Shown: positions 10,054-19,817 of the stretch, piece after piece
Layout: every line of letters begins with the position of its first letter
Numbering within the stretch: the stretch's first letter is position 1
NCBI GenBank assembly: GCA_015063645.1
Contig: SVTS01000002.1
Location: 5,141-69,140, forward strand
Source of the DNA: Oscillospiraceae bacterium
GTDB taxonomy: Bacteria > Bacillota > Clostridia > Oscillospirales > CAG-272
Direction of reading: 5' to 3'
DNA: 64,000 nucleotides
Notes under the pieces: model-generated
What the model saw: the letters and a program-made list of their open reading frames with translations, nothing else
What the model was told of the DNA's origin: nothing
Database searches by the model: none
Position numbers and translations under genes: made by a program

Positions 10054-10084
10054 AAAGCGGATGATGCACTGCATCATCCGCTTT
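10054..10084. terminator. Bidirectional terminator hairpin between convergent genes
   Basis: AAAGCGGATGATGCA-C-TGCATCATCCGCTTT, flanked by A-rich and T-rich sequence. Confidence 0.7.
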
Positions 10085-10099
10085 CCCGTTACAGATTCG

Positions 10100-10855
10100 T
10101 TATGCTTGTGCTTCTTTTTCAATCAGCGCATCCAGCCTCTTTTCGCAGTGAGTGAGGAATTTGCCCCACAGTTCGCTGTCGATAAACAGATTCTCCCCTG
10201 TTTCAGCGAGATGAATGCCTTTTACTTCGGTGTCGTTGTTCCAGACGTGATTGCCCAGCATGACATCCACCTTCTCCTTCATCAACCGATGAACCGATGC
10301 ACGGTATCCCTCTCTTGCCTCGGGATAATCAAATTTTCCGGCCGCCAGCGTATTGGCACCCGCACCGCCGAACATACCGACGCGGTAGGTTTTTTCGCCC
10401 TCTTCTGCGTTAAAGAAGAACGATACGGTGCCTTTCGTGTGACCGGGCGTTTCCATGAAGTGCATCACTGTATTACCAAGCTCCAGCGTGTCGCCGTCGC
10501 GGAGCAGAATATCCGGCTGGAAATATTTTTTTGCTTTTTCCGCATCATCTGCGCCGATCAGCGTCTTCGCACCGCACATATAGGCAAGCTGTGCAGTTGC
10601 CGCGGTGTGGTCGCCGTGCCAGTGTGTGTTGACTATGTAGCGGATGTCCATAGGATCAAAACCCAGCTTGTGAATGGAATGTACGATCAGGTGGAGGGTA
10701 TCCGCGTAGCCGGGATCGATCAGGATCAGACCGTCGCCCGTGTCGATCAGATGGGTGGATGCGGGATAGGTGCCGACAAAAAATACGCCGCCTATAATAC
10801 GGATAGGCTGCATTGCGCCGTGCCAGTTCTGCTCAAATCTCTTTCTTGGAAACAT
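10100..10855 (-). CDS. MBL-fold metallo-hydrolase
   Basis: 251 aa with an HWHGDH metal-binding motif. Confidence 0.8.
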   Translation of the reverse strand: MFPRKRFEQNWHGAMQPIRIIGGVFFVGTYPASTHLIDTGDGLILIDPGYADTLHLIVHSIHKLGFDPMDIRYIVNTHWHGDHTAATAQLAYMCGAKTLIGADDAEKAKKYFQPDILLRDGDTLELGNTVMHFMETPGHTKGTVSFFFNAEEGEKTYRVGMFGGAGANTLAAGKFDYPEAREGYRASVHRLMKEKVDVMLGNHVWNNDTEVKGIHLAETGENLFIDSELWGKFLTHCEKRLDALIEKEAQA

Positions 10856-10888
10856 ATTTTTTCTCCTTTTAATTTGTCTGTTGTAAAA

Positions 10889-11830
10889 TTACCGGCGGAA
10901 TCTGCCGCTGAAGAGGAATACGAGCCCTACAACCAGACTGCACAGAAGCGCCAGAACGATAATCAGAAGAAATGCCTGGGAATGCATTGCCAGCGGCATG
11001 GATGCCGCGGAGACGTTCATGCCGTAGGCGCTGAAAATGATCGTGGGGATTGCCATAACAATGGTGATGATCGCCAGTGTTTTCATGATCAGATTCAGAT
11101 TGTTGGAGATTACCGAGGCGAACGTGTCCGTCGTCCCTTTGACGATTTCCCGGTAGATCTGGGTCATCTCCATCGCCTGCCGGTTTTCGATGATGGCGTC
11201 TTCCAGAATCTCTGCGTCCTCAGGGTATTTCTTCACCGCATCGGTGCGCATGAGCTTTTCCAGCACCGCTTCATTGGCGCGCAGGGAAGTGGAAAAATAT
11301 ACGAGTGTTTTCTGCAGCCGCAGCAGTTCAAAAAGCTGTCGGTTGTCCGCCGCACGGCGCATCCGGTCCTCGATGGCTTCGCTGTGTTTTTCGATTTTGC
11401 GCAGATAGCCAAGAAACAGCGATGCAGCCGCGTAGAGAATCTGGAAAACAAATCTTGTCTTCATGGCGGTGGTGAAGTTTGGTACATGTCCCTCGGCAAA
11501 TGCGCGGAGCACGGGCGAATTCCGGGAGCAGACGGTAATAACCGATACATCTGTCAGAATGATGGCGAGAGGAACCGTATCGTATAACTCCTGCTGGGTT
11601 TCTGTGACAACCGGAACATTAACGAGGATCATCACACAGCCGTCATCGGAGTCGATGCGGGAACGCTCCTCCGGGTCAAGGGCAGCGCGAAGCATATCTT
11701 CGGGCACACTGCATCTGTCGGAAACCGTGTGTATCTCTTCATCTGTGGGATGAATGAGGGAAATCCAGCATCCCTTTGCCGGTTCTTCCAGAGTGCGCAG
11801 GGCTTTCTCTTCGGTGAAGTAAATACGCAT
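10889..11830 (-). CDS. corA: CorA-family magnesium/cobalt transporter
   Basis: 313 aa. YGMN signature (SAYGMNV) ahead of the last TM helix and two C-terminal TM segments. Confidence 0.85.
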   Translation of the reverse strand: MRIYFTEEKALRTLEEPAKGCWISLIHPTDEEIHTVSDRCSVPEDMLRAALDPEERSRIDSDDGCVMILVNVPVVTETQQELYDTVPLAIILTDVSVITVCSRNSPVLRAFAEGHVPNFTTAMKTRFVFQILYAAASLFLGYLRKIEKHSEAIEDRMRRAADNRQLFELLRLQKTLVYFSTSLRANEAVLEKLMRTDAVKKYPEDAEILEDAIIENRQAMEMTQIYREIVKGTTDTFASVISNNLNLIMKTLAIITIVMAIPTIIFSAYGMNVSAASMPLAMHSQAFLLIIVLALLCSLVVGLVFLFSGRFRR

Positions 11831-11963
11831 GCTTTCATTCTCTTTTCATAATTCTGTATAATAATAGTATCACCCCTTTTGCCATTTGTCAAGCAATATT
11901 ACAAAAACCACTTGCGCCGAGAGAAAATGAATGCTATAATTAAGAAAAAACAGGAGGCATTCC

Positions 11964-12743
11964 ATGAAACTGAATATCTGTACATATAATATCCGCACGG
12001 ACGTCAAGGGCGACGGTATCAACTGCTTTGACGGACGCAAACCGCTGATCCAGCGGGAATTTCCCAAGTATGAAGCGGATATCATCGGCTTCCAGGAAGT
12101 CAAAGCTCACATGCGGGACTGGCTGGTGGAGAATCTTGCCGGCTATACGGTGGTCGGTACGGGCAGAGATGCCAATCTGAGCGGTGAGCATGTGGTGATC
12201 GCATACCGGACGGAGAAATTCCGCCTGGTTTCGCTGGATACGTTCTGGCTCTCCGATACGCCCCGTGTGCCCGGCAGCCGTTTCGGTACCGATCAGAGCA
12301 GCTGTCCCCGCATCTGCACAGCGGCAGTTCTGCTCTGCCTGGAAAGCGGCAAATGCATCCGTGTATACAATACCCATCTGGATCATGTAGGCAGAATGGC
12401 ACAGGCACAGGGAATCACACTGGTTCTCTCCCGCATCGCGCAGGATGACGCGCTGTATCCGGATACGCCGGTGGTTCTGACGGGCGATTTCAATATCGAG
12501 CCCGATAATCCGATTGTGGCAGGCATAGGCGCATTTACCTCCTGCGGTAAGCCGCTGACCGATGTGACTGCCGATGTGGGCGGTACGTTTCACGGATACA
12601 AGCCGGATGAAAGATGCATCAAGATCGACTATATCTTTACCAACGCCAACTGCGATGCATCCAAATCCTTTACGCTGAAGGATTCCGAAAACGGCGTGTA
12701 TCTGTCCGATCACTATCCGGTCATGGCAGAGGTGGAACTTTAA
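11964..12743 (+). CDS. Endonuclease/exonuclease/phosphatase (EEP) family protein
   Basis: 259 aa. N-terminal ...TYNIR..., GFQEV and C-terminal SDHYPV motifs typical of the EEP fold. Confidence 0.7.
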   Translation: MKLNICTYNIRTDVKGDGINCFDGRKPLIQREFPKYEADIIGFQEVKAHMRDWLVENLAGYTVVGTGRDANLSGEHVVIAYRTEKFRLVSLDTFWLSDTPRVPGSRFGTDQSSCPRICTAAVLLCLESGKCIRVYNTHLDHVGRMAQAQGITLVLSRIAQDDALYPDTPVVLTGDFNIEPDNPIVAGIGAFTSCGKPLTDVTADVGGTFHGYKPDERCIKIDYIFTNANCDASKSFTLKDSENGVYLSDHYPVMAEVEL

Positions 12744-12802
12744 TTCGGGAAAATCTGCCGACTGTATTTTTTTGCCGCCGTATAAAAGTTTTTGAGGGGT
12801 AT

Positions 12803-12828
12803 GGGGAACTTTTTTCAAAAAGTTCCCC
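12803..12828. repeat. Palindromic intergenic element GGGGAACTTTTT..AAAAAGTTCCCC (same family as the copy at 55093-55122); probably also a bidirectional terminator
   Basis: Perfect inverted repeat between convergent genes. A near-identical palindrome with similar flanks (AAAGTTTT.GA..GGGG) is present in inverted orientation at about 55.09-55.15 kb. Confidence 0.65.
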
Positions 12829-12834
12829 ATATTT

Positions 12835-13677
12835 TTATTCCATTTCAAATCCCTGCCCCAGTACCTGCGCCGCATCGGAAATAATGAGAAATGCCGCCGG
12901 ATCTACAGCACGCACCAGCGATTTCAGCGCAAACAGCTCCGATCGCTTGACCACACACAGAATCACAGACCGATCCGATCCCGTGAACCATCCACGCCCA
13001 TTCAGTACCGTTATACCGCGGCAGATGTCCCGCATGATGGCATTGCCGATTTCCACATGCTTTTCTGATATGATCAGAGACAGCTTTGCCCGTCCCATAC
13101 TGCCCATCACCGTGTCAAGAGCAACGGAATATGCCGTTATCGCCGCGGCGGAGTGAATGATCCCGGAAAAATTCCCGGACAGCACCGCAGCACCGGATAC
13201 GATCACGGTATCAATGAGCAGGATCGCCGTACCGACTTTGCACCGTTTCCATTTTTTGCAGATCAGATATGCGGCGAGATCTGTTCCGCCTGTGGTGACG
13301 CCCCGGGGCAGCATGAGGGCTCCGCCTGCACCCATAATCGCCCCGCCGAAAACAGCTCCCAGAAGCGGATCATCCACCGCGGCAGGCAGCAGTGCCCATA
13401 TATCCGTGGAGACGGAAGCGGCGAGTACGCCGAGAACCGTCCGCGTCATGCCGCGCCATCCGGTGATCCGTACGGAAAAAAGCAGAAGCGGCAGATTCAC
13501 AAGAATAATCCCCACACCCACCGGCAGGGGAATATACCGGTGAATCAGCACAGCAACGCCGCTGGCACCTCCCAGAATCACGCCGCATGGCGTGAGGAAC
13601 AGGGACAGCCCGATGCCGAAGAGTGCACATCCGGCGCCGACGGCAAGAATATCGTCATACAGGGATTTTCTGTTCAT
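12835..13677 (-). CDS. YitT-family membrane protein (with C-terminal DUF2179-like domain)
   Basis: 281 aa from MNRKSLYDDIL, with GGAGG 7 nt upstream. There are several TM helices and then a soluble C-terminal domain. The ORF-track 5' extension to 13956 was rejected. Confidence 0.65.
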   Translation of the reverse strand: MNRKSLYDDILAVGAGCALFGIGLSLFLTPCGVILGGASGVAVLIHRYIPLPVGVGIILVNLPLLLFSVRITGWRGMTRTVLGVLAASVSTDIWALLPAAVDDPLLGAVFGGAIMGAGGALMLPRGVTTGGTDLAAYLICKKWKRCKVGTAILLIDTVIVSGAAVLSGNFSGIIHSAAAITAYSVALDTVMGSMGRAKLSLIISEKHVEIGNAIMRDICRGITVLNGRGWFTGSDRSVILCVVKRSELFALKSLVRAVDPAAFLIISDAAQVLGQGFEME

Positions 13678-13768
13678 AAAAACCTCCGGATTTTCCCGCG
13701 CGGTCATAAAGCGGCAGGAACGTTCATAGGATATACAAAACAAGCTGAGTGAAAGAGGGCAGGGAAAA

Positions 13769-14761
13769 ATGACGGAAAGACGGTATCTCCCCGAGGGATC
13801 ACTGATCGGTACAGCGGAAAACGCGGCGTTTACGGCATCGGCGGACGGACTGGAACGCGCTATGGCACAGGGGCGAATTCTTGAGGGGATCGCACTGATG
13901 TGCGACTGCACAAGCATGCATCTGAAAGTGGAACTGGGAGGCGCTCTGGGGATCATCGAGCGGGAAGAAGCGGCATATTATCACGACGGAAGCAGTGTGA
14001 AGGATATCGCCATTATTACCCGGGTGGGCAAACCGGTGTGTTTCAAGGTGATCGGCGTTGAACGGGGCGGTGCGCGTCCGATTGTCCGTCTTTCACGCCG
14101 TGCGGCACAGGAGGAGTGCATGCGGATGTCCATCCTGCAAAGAGCTCCCGGCGATATCATTCCGGCAAAAGTGACGCATCTGGAACCATTCGGGGCTTTT
14201 GTGGATATTGGCTGCGGGATCGTGTCTCTTCTGAGCGTGGACTGCATCTCCGTTTCCCGTATTTCCCATCCGTCCGACCGCCTTTCGCCGGGGGATTCCA
14301 TCATGGCTGTGGTGAAAAGCGTGGATGAGGAAAGCGGACGGGTCTATATGACTCACAGGGAACTGCTTGGTACCTGGGAAGAGAACGCAGCCCTGTTCGC
14401 ACCGACACAGACGGTCTCCGGCGTGGTCCGTTCCATTGAATCCTACGGGATTTTTGTGGAGCTGACGCCGAATCTGGCGGGGCTGGCGGAATTGCGGGAC
14501 GGAGTAGCCGTGGGGGATCGGTGCGCGGTGTACATAAAAAGCATCATCCCCGAGAGGATGAAGATCAAACTGGTCATTATCGATTCCCACGCGGAAGCCT
14601 GCGGTATGCGCATGCGGTATTTTGTGGACACCGCCGCGGTGCGGCATATTCCGTCGTGGCGGTATTCTCCCGAGGGATGCCGCAAGGTGATCGAGACGGT
14701 GTTTGACGAATCTGTTTATAGTATGCCGCTTGCAGGGGCGGGTAATGCGGGAAAGCTGTGA
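13769..14761 (+). CDS. S1 RNA-binding-domain protein (multiple S1 repeats)
   Basis: 330 aa. Repeated S1-like segments (G.I..AKVTHLEPFGAFVDIG.. and G.VSGVVRSIESYGIFVEL). Confidence 0.6.
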   Translation: MTERRYLPEGSLIGTAENAAFTASADGLERAMAQGRILEGIALMCDCTSMHLKVELGGALGIIEREEAAYYHDGSSVKDIAIITRVGKPVCFKVIGVERGGARPIVRLSRRAAQEECMRMSILQRAPGDIIPAKVTHLEPFGAFVDIGCGIVSLLSVDCISVSRISHPSDRLSPGDSIMAVVKSVDEESGRVYMTHRELLGTWEENAALFAPTQTVSGVVRSIESYGIFVELTPNLAGLAELRDGVAVGDRCAVYIKSIIPERMKIKLVIIDSHAEACGMRMRYFVDTAAVRHIPSWRYSPEGCRKVIETVFDESVYSMPLAGAGNAGKL

Positions 14762-14784
14762 GGCTTTCCCGCATTTTCGTTTTT
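14745..14784 (+). terminator. Rho-independent terminator overlapping the S1-protein stop codon
   Basis: ATGCGGGAAAGC/GCTTTCCCGCAT stem followed by a T-run. Confidence 0.75.
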
Positions 14785-14795
14785 CGGGGGCTCCC

Positions 14796-14841
14796 TTGCA
14801 TTTTTATACTATATGTGATATAATGTTACACAGCATACAGA
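14796..14841 (+). promoter_or_regulatory. azlC promoter plus a conserved initial transcribed motif shared with the recG promoter
   Basis: TTGCAT, 17-nt spacer, TATAAT (14819-14824), followed by GTTACACAGCATACAGA. See the near-identical block at 50586-50630. Confidence 0.55.
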
Positions 14842-14913
14842 AAGCAGGAAATGGACAATAGTTATGCGGCTGCTGAATAATATCTGTATGAATCGTATAT
14901 CGAGGTGACAACT

Positions 14914-15636
14914 ATGCAGCGTGCAAATCGTGCGGCTTTCCTGCGCGGAATGCGGCACGGAATTCCCATTGCGCTGGGGTATTTTGCGGTGGCTCTGACA
15001 CTGGGTATCACGGCGCGCGCCGCAGGGATCACGCCCCTGCAGGCAACTTTGACAACGGCACTGACCAATGCATCCGCCGGCGGCTATGCCGCCTTTACCG
15101 CAATCGGATCCCATGTAACATATCTGGAAGCGGCAATGGTGGTGGCGATCGCGAACGCCCGCTATCTGCTGATGTCCTGCTCACTCAGCCAGAAATTCGC
15201 ATCCGATACGCCGCTGATCCACCGGCTTCTGGTCGGGTTTTATGTGACGGATGAAATTTTCGGTGTGTCCATGGCGGAGCCGGGGAAGCTGAATCCCGTG
15301 TATTCCTACGGCGTAATCAGCATGGCGGCACCGGGATGGGCGCTTGGAACACTGTCCGGTGCGATTCTGGGCAATATTCTGCCTGTCCGCGCAGTCAGTG
15401 CTCTGAGCGTGGGACTGTACGGCATGTTCCTGGCGATTATTATTCCGCCTGCGCGGAAAAATCGGGTTGTCGCGGTTCTGGTGCTTATTTCCTTTGCATT
15501 GAGCGGCGCTGCAGCGGTGATTCCCGTGCTGGCGGCGGTTTCCTCCGGTACGCGGATCATCATTCTGACCGTAGTGATTTCCGCGGCGGCGGCACTTCTG
15601 TTCCCCGTCAGAGAGGAGGAAGAGCATGAAGGGTAA
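14914..15636 (+). CDS. azlC: AzlC-family branched-chain amino acid transport protein
   Basis: About 240 aa membrane protein. The N-terminus (FLRGMRHGIPIALGYFAV) is typical of AzlC, and an overlapping azlD-like gene follows. Confidence 0.75.
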   Translation: MQRANRAAFLRGMRHGIPIALGYFAVALTLGITARAAGITPLQATLTTALTNASAGGYAAFTAIGSHVTYLEAAMVVAIANARYLLMSCSLSQKFASDTPLIHRLLVGFYVTDEIFGVSMAEPGKLNPVYSYGVISMAAPGWALGTLSGAILGNILPVRAVSALSVGLYGMFLAIIIPPARKNRVVAVLVLISFALSGAAAVIPVLAAVSSGTRIIILTVVISAAAALLFPVREEEEHEG

Positions 15637-15934
15637 TGTGTATATCTACATAGCGGTGGTTGCCGCCGTGACCTATCTGATCCGCGTTCTTCCCCTGACG
15701 CTGATCCGCCGGGAGATCAGGAACGTCTTTGTCCGTTCCTTTCTGTATTATGTCCCCTATGTGACTCTGGCAGTGATGACGTTTCCTGCTATTGCCCAGG
15801 CGACACAGCATCCTCTGGCGGGACTTCTCGCACTGGTTGTCGGTATTGTTCTGGCATGGTTCGGTGCGGGACTCTTTCAGGTTTCTGTGCTCTGCTGTGT
15901 TGTAGTCTTTATCGCGGAGCTGTTTCTTGTCTGA
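15626..15934 (+). CDS. azlD: AzlD-family small membrane protein
   Basis: 102 aa with 3-4 TM helices. The start overlaps the azlC stop. Confidence 0.7.
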   Translation: MKGNVYIYIAVVAAVTYLIRVLPLTLIRREIRNVFVRSFLYYVPYVTLAVMTFPAIAQATQHPLAGLLALVVGIVLAWFGAGLFQVSVLCCVVVFIAELFLV

Positions 15935-15948
15935 TTACGGAGGAGAAT

Positions 15949-16419
15949 ATGAAACTGTATTTTAAACAGCGTTTTTTTACATGGTTTGACAGTTATGATA
16001 TCTATAATGAAGCGGGCGAAACTGTCTATACGGTGGAGGGACAGCTGGCATGGGGGCGCTGCCTCCATATTCTGAATGCATCCGGAGAGCATATTGCCAC
16101 GCTGAAACAGGAGCTGTTCACGTTCCTGCCGGAGTTTTCCCTCTATGAGGGGGATACGCGCATCGGCAGTGTCTGCAAGGAGTTTTCCTTCTTCAAACCG
16201 TCCTTCTCCATCGATTTCCGCGGCTGGCATGCCGATGGAGATTTCTTTGAGTGGGATTATGAAATTCTGGATGAGAACGGCAGACATGTGGCGTCCATCG
16301 AGAAGGAACTGTTCCAGCTGACGGACAGCTATGTGATCGATGTGGCGCATCCGGCGGATGAACTGCATGCGCTTATGCTGGTTCTGGCAATCGACGCGGA
16401 GAAAGACGCACGGAACTGA
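15949..16419 (+). CDS. LURP-one-related / DUF567 (tubby-like, YxjI-like) protein
   Basis: 156 aa from MKLYFKQRFFTWFDSYDIYNE..., which is the typical opening of this family. GGAGGA lies upstream of the ATG at 15949. Confidence 0.55.
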   Translation: MKLYFKQRFFTWFDSYDIYNEAGETVYTVEGQLAWGRCLHILNASGEHIATLKQELFTFLPEFSLYEGDTRIGSVCKEFSFFKPSFSIDFRGWHADGDFFEWDYEILDENGRHVASIEKELFQLTDSYVIDVAHPADELHALMLVLAIDAEKDARN

Positions 16420-16432
16420 AAGGGGAATCGGC

Positions 16433-17410
16433 ATGGATTTTACAAAACGGATGCTGCCCACTTCGGCGGATTTCACCTTTTCCGAGGCGGGGTATTTCGT
16501 CTGGTGCGGTGCAATGCTGCGCCATAAGGATGTGTATTATCTGATTTATTCCCGTTGGCCGTATGAGTTGGGCTTCCGTGCATGGGTCACCCATTCGGAG
16601 ATCTGTCTGGCAAAATCGGATTCGATTCTCGGCAAATTCACGTTTGTAAAGCGCCTGTTTGATGACGAATACGACTGCGGGAACGGTGTGCGCGCCGTGT
16701 TCCATAATCCCACCGTGATCACATGGCGGGGAAAATACTATCTCTACTACATGATGAACCGCGGATCGGGGGATTGGTGGGATCACCGGAATCACCAGCG
16801 GATCGGCGTGGCATATACCGATGATCCGGAGGGCGAATGGACCCGCCCGAAAGAACCGGTGATCGATATCTCTGAGGAGGGCATTGATTCCCTGATGACC
16901 TCCAACCCCACCGCAGTGGAAATGCCCGATGGACGGATTCTCATGGTGTACAAAGCGGTGTCCAAATATGGGGAAATGCCCAGGGGCGGCAAAGTAATCT
17001 GCGGCGCCGCCACGGCGGACAGTCCCCTCGGTCCTTTCACCAAAACGGGCAAACCGCTTTTTGAAAATCCGGATGAACCCTGGTCGGTGGAGGATCCGTA
17101 CATCTGGTTCGAGAACGGACGCTATTATGCGCTGGTGAAGGATTTTCACGGATATTTCACCCGCACTGGCATGAGCTCGGTGGCACTGTTCGTCTCGGAC
17201 AACGGACTGGACTGGTCTGCCGCAGAGAATCCGCTCGGTTTTGCGCGGGAACTGCATTACGGTGACAGGACAGAACCCGTGCGCAATCTGGAACGACCTC
17301 AGCTTTATATCGAGAACGGCGTTCCGAAAGCACTTCTGTGTGCCTGCTGTGAAAGAGACAACAGCGAACCGACGTATAATATCCGCATTCCGCTGAAAGC
17401 GGATACATAA
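16433..17410 (+). CDS. Five-bladed beta-propeller glycoside hydrolase (GH43/GH117-like)
   Basis: 325 aa. The motifs FHNPTVI..GKYYLYYM, VEDPYIW and LERPQLY are reminiscent of GH43-clan enzymes. There is no signal peptide. Confidence 0.5.
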   Translation: MDFTKRMLPTSADFTFSEAGYFVWCGAMLRHKDVYYLIYSRWPYELGFRAWVTHSEICLAKSDSILGKFTFVKRLFDDEYDCGNGVRAVFHNPTVITWRGKYYLYYMMNRGSGDWWDHRNHQRIGVAYTDDPEGEWTRPKEPVIDISEEGIDSLMTSNPTAVEMPDGRILMVYKAVSKYGEMPRGGKVICGAATADSPLGPFTKTGKPLFENPDEPWSVEDPYIWFENGRYYALVKDFHGYFTRTGMSSVALFVSDNGLDWSAAENPLGFARELHYGDRTEPVRNLERPQLYIENGVPKALLCACCERDNSEPTYNIRIPLKADT

Positions 17411-17638
17411 AGAGCGCAGTCTATCCGGCTCACGGCAGGCGATTTGGGCATATTGTGCACCGGTTTCGGCAAAAATACAGAAAAACTCCCCCTTGCATAA
17501 GAGGGGGAGTTGTGGTACAATAATGGAGCAGAATCTGGAATAAATTGCAATTCTGTTACACTTGTACCGCATCTATTGCAATCAGACGGTACTTGTGGTA
17601 TCCTATTATACAGAGAAAAACCGAAAGGAGGCGACAGT

Positions 17639-18118
17639 TTGGCGGAAAAGAAAAAAGAAGGACGGAAGATCATCGCGCAGAACCGTAAGGCGCATCATGA
17701 TTATTTTGTCGAAGAAACGTATGAAGCCGGCATCGCGCTCTTTGGTACCGAGGTCAAAAGCCTTCGTGCCGGTCAGGTGAATCTCAAGGATTCCTACTGC
17801 GAGATCCGCGAGGGAGAACTGTTCGCCACAGGCGTACATATCTCCCCCTATGAGAAAGGCAATGTCTTCAACCGTGATCCGCTCCGGGACAGAAAACTGC
17901 TGATGCACCGCCGGGAGATCATGAAGCTCCACGGACTGGTTGCCAGGGACGGTTATACGCTTGTGCCGCTGTCGCTGTATTTCTCCGGCTCCAACGTAAA
18001 AGTGGAAGTGGGACTCTGCAAGGGTAAAAAACTCTATGACAAGCGGGACGCCGAAGCCAAACGGCAGGCAGACCGGGATATCGAGCGGTATTCCAAATCC
18101 CGCGGACGGGATGAGTGA
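17639..18118 (+). CDS. smpB: SsrA-binding protein
   Basis: [26 protein letters not shown] is a classical SmpB motif. The start is TTG at 17639, with AAGGAGG 7 nt upstream. Confidence 0.9.
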   Translation: MAEKKKEGRKIIAQNRKAHHDYFVEETYEAGIALFGTEVKSLRAGQVNLKDSYCEIREGELFATGVHISPYEKGNVFNRDPLRDRKLLMHRREIMKLHGLVARDGYTLVPLSLYFSGSNVKVEVGLCKGKKLYDKRDAEAKRQADRDIERYSKSRGRDE

Positions 18119-18126
18119 GGAAAACG

Positions 18127-19251
18127 ATGACCTTTCGTGAACTGTATTATTCCCGCCGCAGTACCCGTTCCTTTACGGAACGCGGATTGGATCGTGAAGA
18201 AATCCGTTCTCTGCTGGACGCGGCGATCCATGCGCCCAACGCCTGCAACGCACAGTCGTGGCGGTTCTGGGTGGTGACTGATCCTGAAGTAAAAGCAAAA
18301 TTCGCCTCGGAGCAGATCTGCGCACCTTGGGTGGCAAGTGCTCCCGTGATTTTCGTCCTCGGCGCGGACAGCACATGGCTGAGAAACCGTTTCGGAGAAC
18401 GTGCGGAGCAGTTTGTCCTGCAGGATACTGCTTTGGCGGCAGAGAATATGCTTCTCGCTGCGGCGGAAATGAAGCTGGGCGGCTGCATTATCGGCGCATT
18501 CCATGAGGAAAAATGCCGTGCTCTTCTGGATATTCCCGAAAATATCGGTATCCACATGCTTCTGCCCATCGGCGAAGCTTCGTCTGAGGTGCCTGACCGC
18601 GGACGGAAACCGATGGATGATTTCGTCACGTATGTCGGTGACGATTACAGTGTGCCCCGGGAGTATCACCGCATCCCGTTTGTGATGCGCGGTACATCCC
18701 TGCCGGGTGCTGTGTTTGAAGAGCTGAATCTTATCGGCGCAACGTATGAAGATGTGAATCTCGCCGAGTCGAAGTTCAATAACATCAATATGCACGCCGT
18801 AAAGTTTACGGATATCAACATGAGCGCAGCTTCTTTCGGCGGTCTGCGGCTGGATGAATCCTCTTTCGGCTGTGTCGGCATGCAGAAGGCGGAATTCACA
18901 AACGTGGATTTCACCGGCGCAAAGTTTACAAACTGCAAATTCAATAATACGGATTTCACTGAGTGCGATGTCACCGGTATGAAAGTTGATCGTGTGGATA
19001 TGGTAAATGCGGTCCGTTTTCCCCGAAGATGGAGCGCCGGGTTTTATCCGAAATCCACATTCTTCGATGTGAATCTGCGGGAATCCACCTTTGAGGATGT
19101 CACACTGGATGAGGCAAAGTTCATAGGCGTCAGTATGAAGAACGCCTCTTTCCGGAATACCGAACTGACCGAATGCGATCTGAGCGGTATGACCGTCGAC
19201 GGCATCAGCGTGGAAGATGCAATTGCATTTTATAAGGAAAACAAGAAATAA
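18127..19251 (+). CDS. Fusion protein: N-terminal nitroreductase-family domain plus C-terminal pentapeptide-repeat domain
   Basis: Nitroreductase motifs are present (RRSTRSF, HAPNACNAQSWRFWVV). From about aa 190 onward there are pentapeptide repeats (ATYEDVNLAESKFNNINMHAVKFTDINMSAASFGG...KFTNCKFNNTDFTECDVTG). Confidence 0.75.
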   Translation: MTFRELYYSRRSTRSFTERGLDREEIRSLLDAAIHAPNACNAQSWRFWVVTDPEVKAKFASEQICAPWVASAPVIFVLGADSTWLRNRFGERAEQFVLQDTALAAENMLLAAAEMKLGGCIIGAFHEEKCRALLDIPENIGIHMLLPIGEASSEVPDRGRKPMDDFVTYVGDDYSVPREYHRIPFVMRGTSLPGAVFEELNLIGATYEDVNLAESKFNNINMHAVKFTDINMSAASFGGLRLDESSFGCVGMQKAEFTNVDFTGAKFTNCKFNNTDFTECDVTGMKVDRVDMVNAVRFPRRWSAGFYPKSTFFDVNLRESTFEDVTLDEAKFIGVSMKNASFRNTELTECDLSGMTVDGISVEDAIAFYKENKK

Positions 19252-19373
19252 TCTGCACCTCCGATAGGTTTCGTCATTCAGGAAGATTGGGGGTGCAGAG
19301 TGGAAAACAGGATGCTGTGAGATAATTACAGCAGACCAAAATAACAATTTAATAATAATCTCATTATTTCTAT

Positions 19374-19736
19374 GGGGGCGTAAAGGTTTCGACGGGGATT
19401 TTGAGATGTGATAAGCGGGTAGAGGTTGGGGAACCTCTCAAATAATCCCCGGCTAAAATTAAACGCAAATAACACTGAACTCGCAGCTGCATAAGCTGCC
19501 GCGGCTATAAGCCGCCTGTCCGCGATGTGAGTGCTGCGGCACACCGTTGGGCATAAAATCAGCAGCGAACGTGAACCGTGAGTTTGCTTTTGCATCGGTC
19601 ATGCATTAAAAAGCTACCGCACAGCGAAGCCTGAGTACCGGCGCCGCTGTCGGGAATTTTAAAAGATACTCTGCACCCGGAGAAAGTTGCATCAAGAGGT
19701 TTTCGGACAGGGGTTCGATTCCCCTCGCCTCCACCA
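19374..19736 (+). ncRNA. ssrA: tmRNA (transfer-messenger RNA)
   Basis: 5' GGGGGCGUAAAGGUUUCGACGGGG and 3' GGACAGGGGUUCGAUUCCCCUCGCCUCCACCA. The acceptor stem carries a G3:U wobble. The internal tag ORF GCA AAT AAC ACT GAA CTC GCA GCT GCA TAA (19465-19494) encodes ANNTELAAA. smpB lies 1.3 kb upstream. Confidence 0.92.
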
Positions 19737-19769
19737 CTTATTATCACGTAACGTGATATATAAAAGAAT

Positions 19770-19817
19770 GCGTCTTATGGTATAGGTTTACTAGCCATAA
19801 GGCGCATTGTTTTGTTT
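19770..19817 (+). terminator. Terminator hairpin downstream of ssrA
   Basis: GCGTCTTATGG...CCATAAGGCGC stem (one G:U pair) followed by ATTGTTTTGTTT. Confidence 0.55.
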
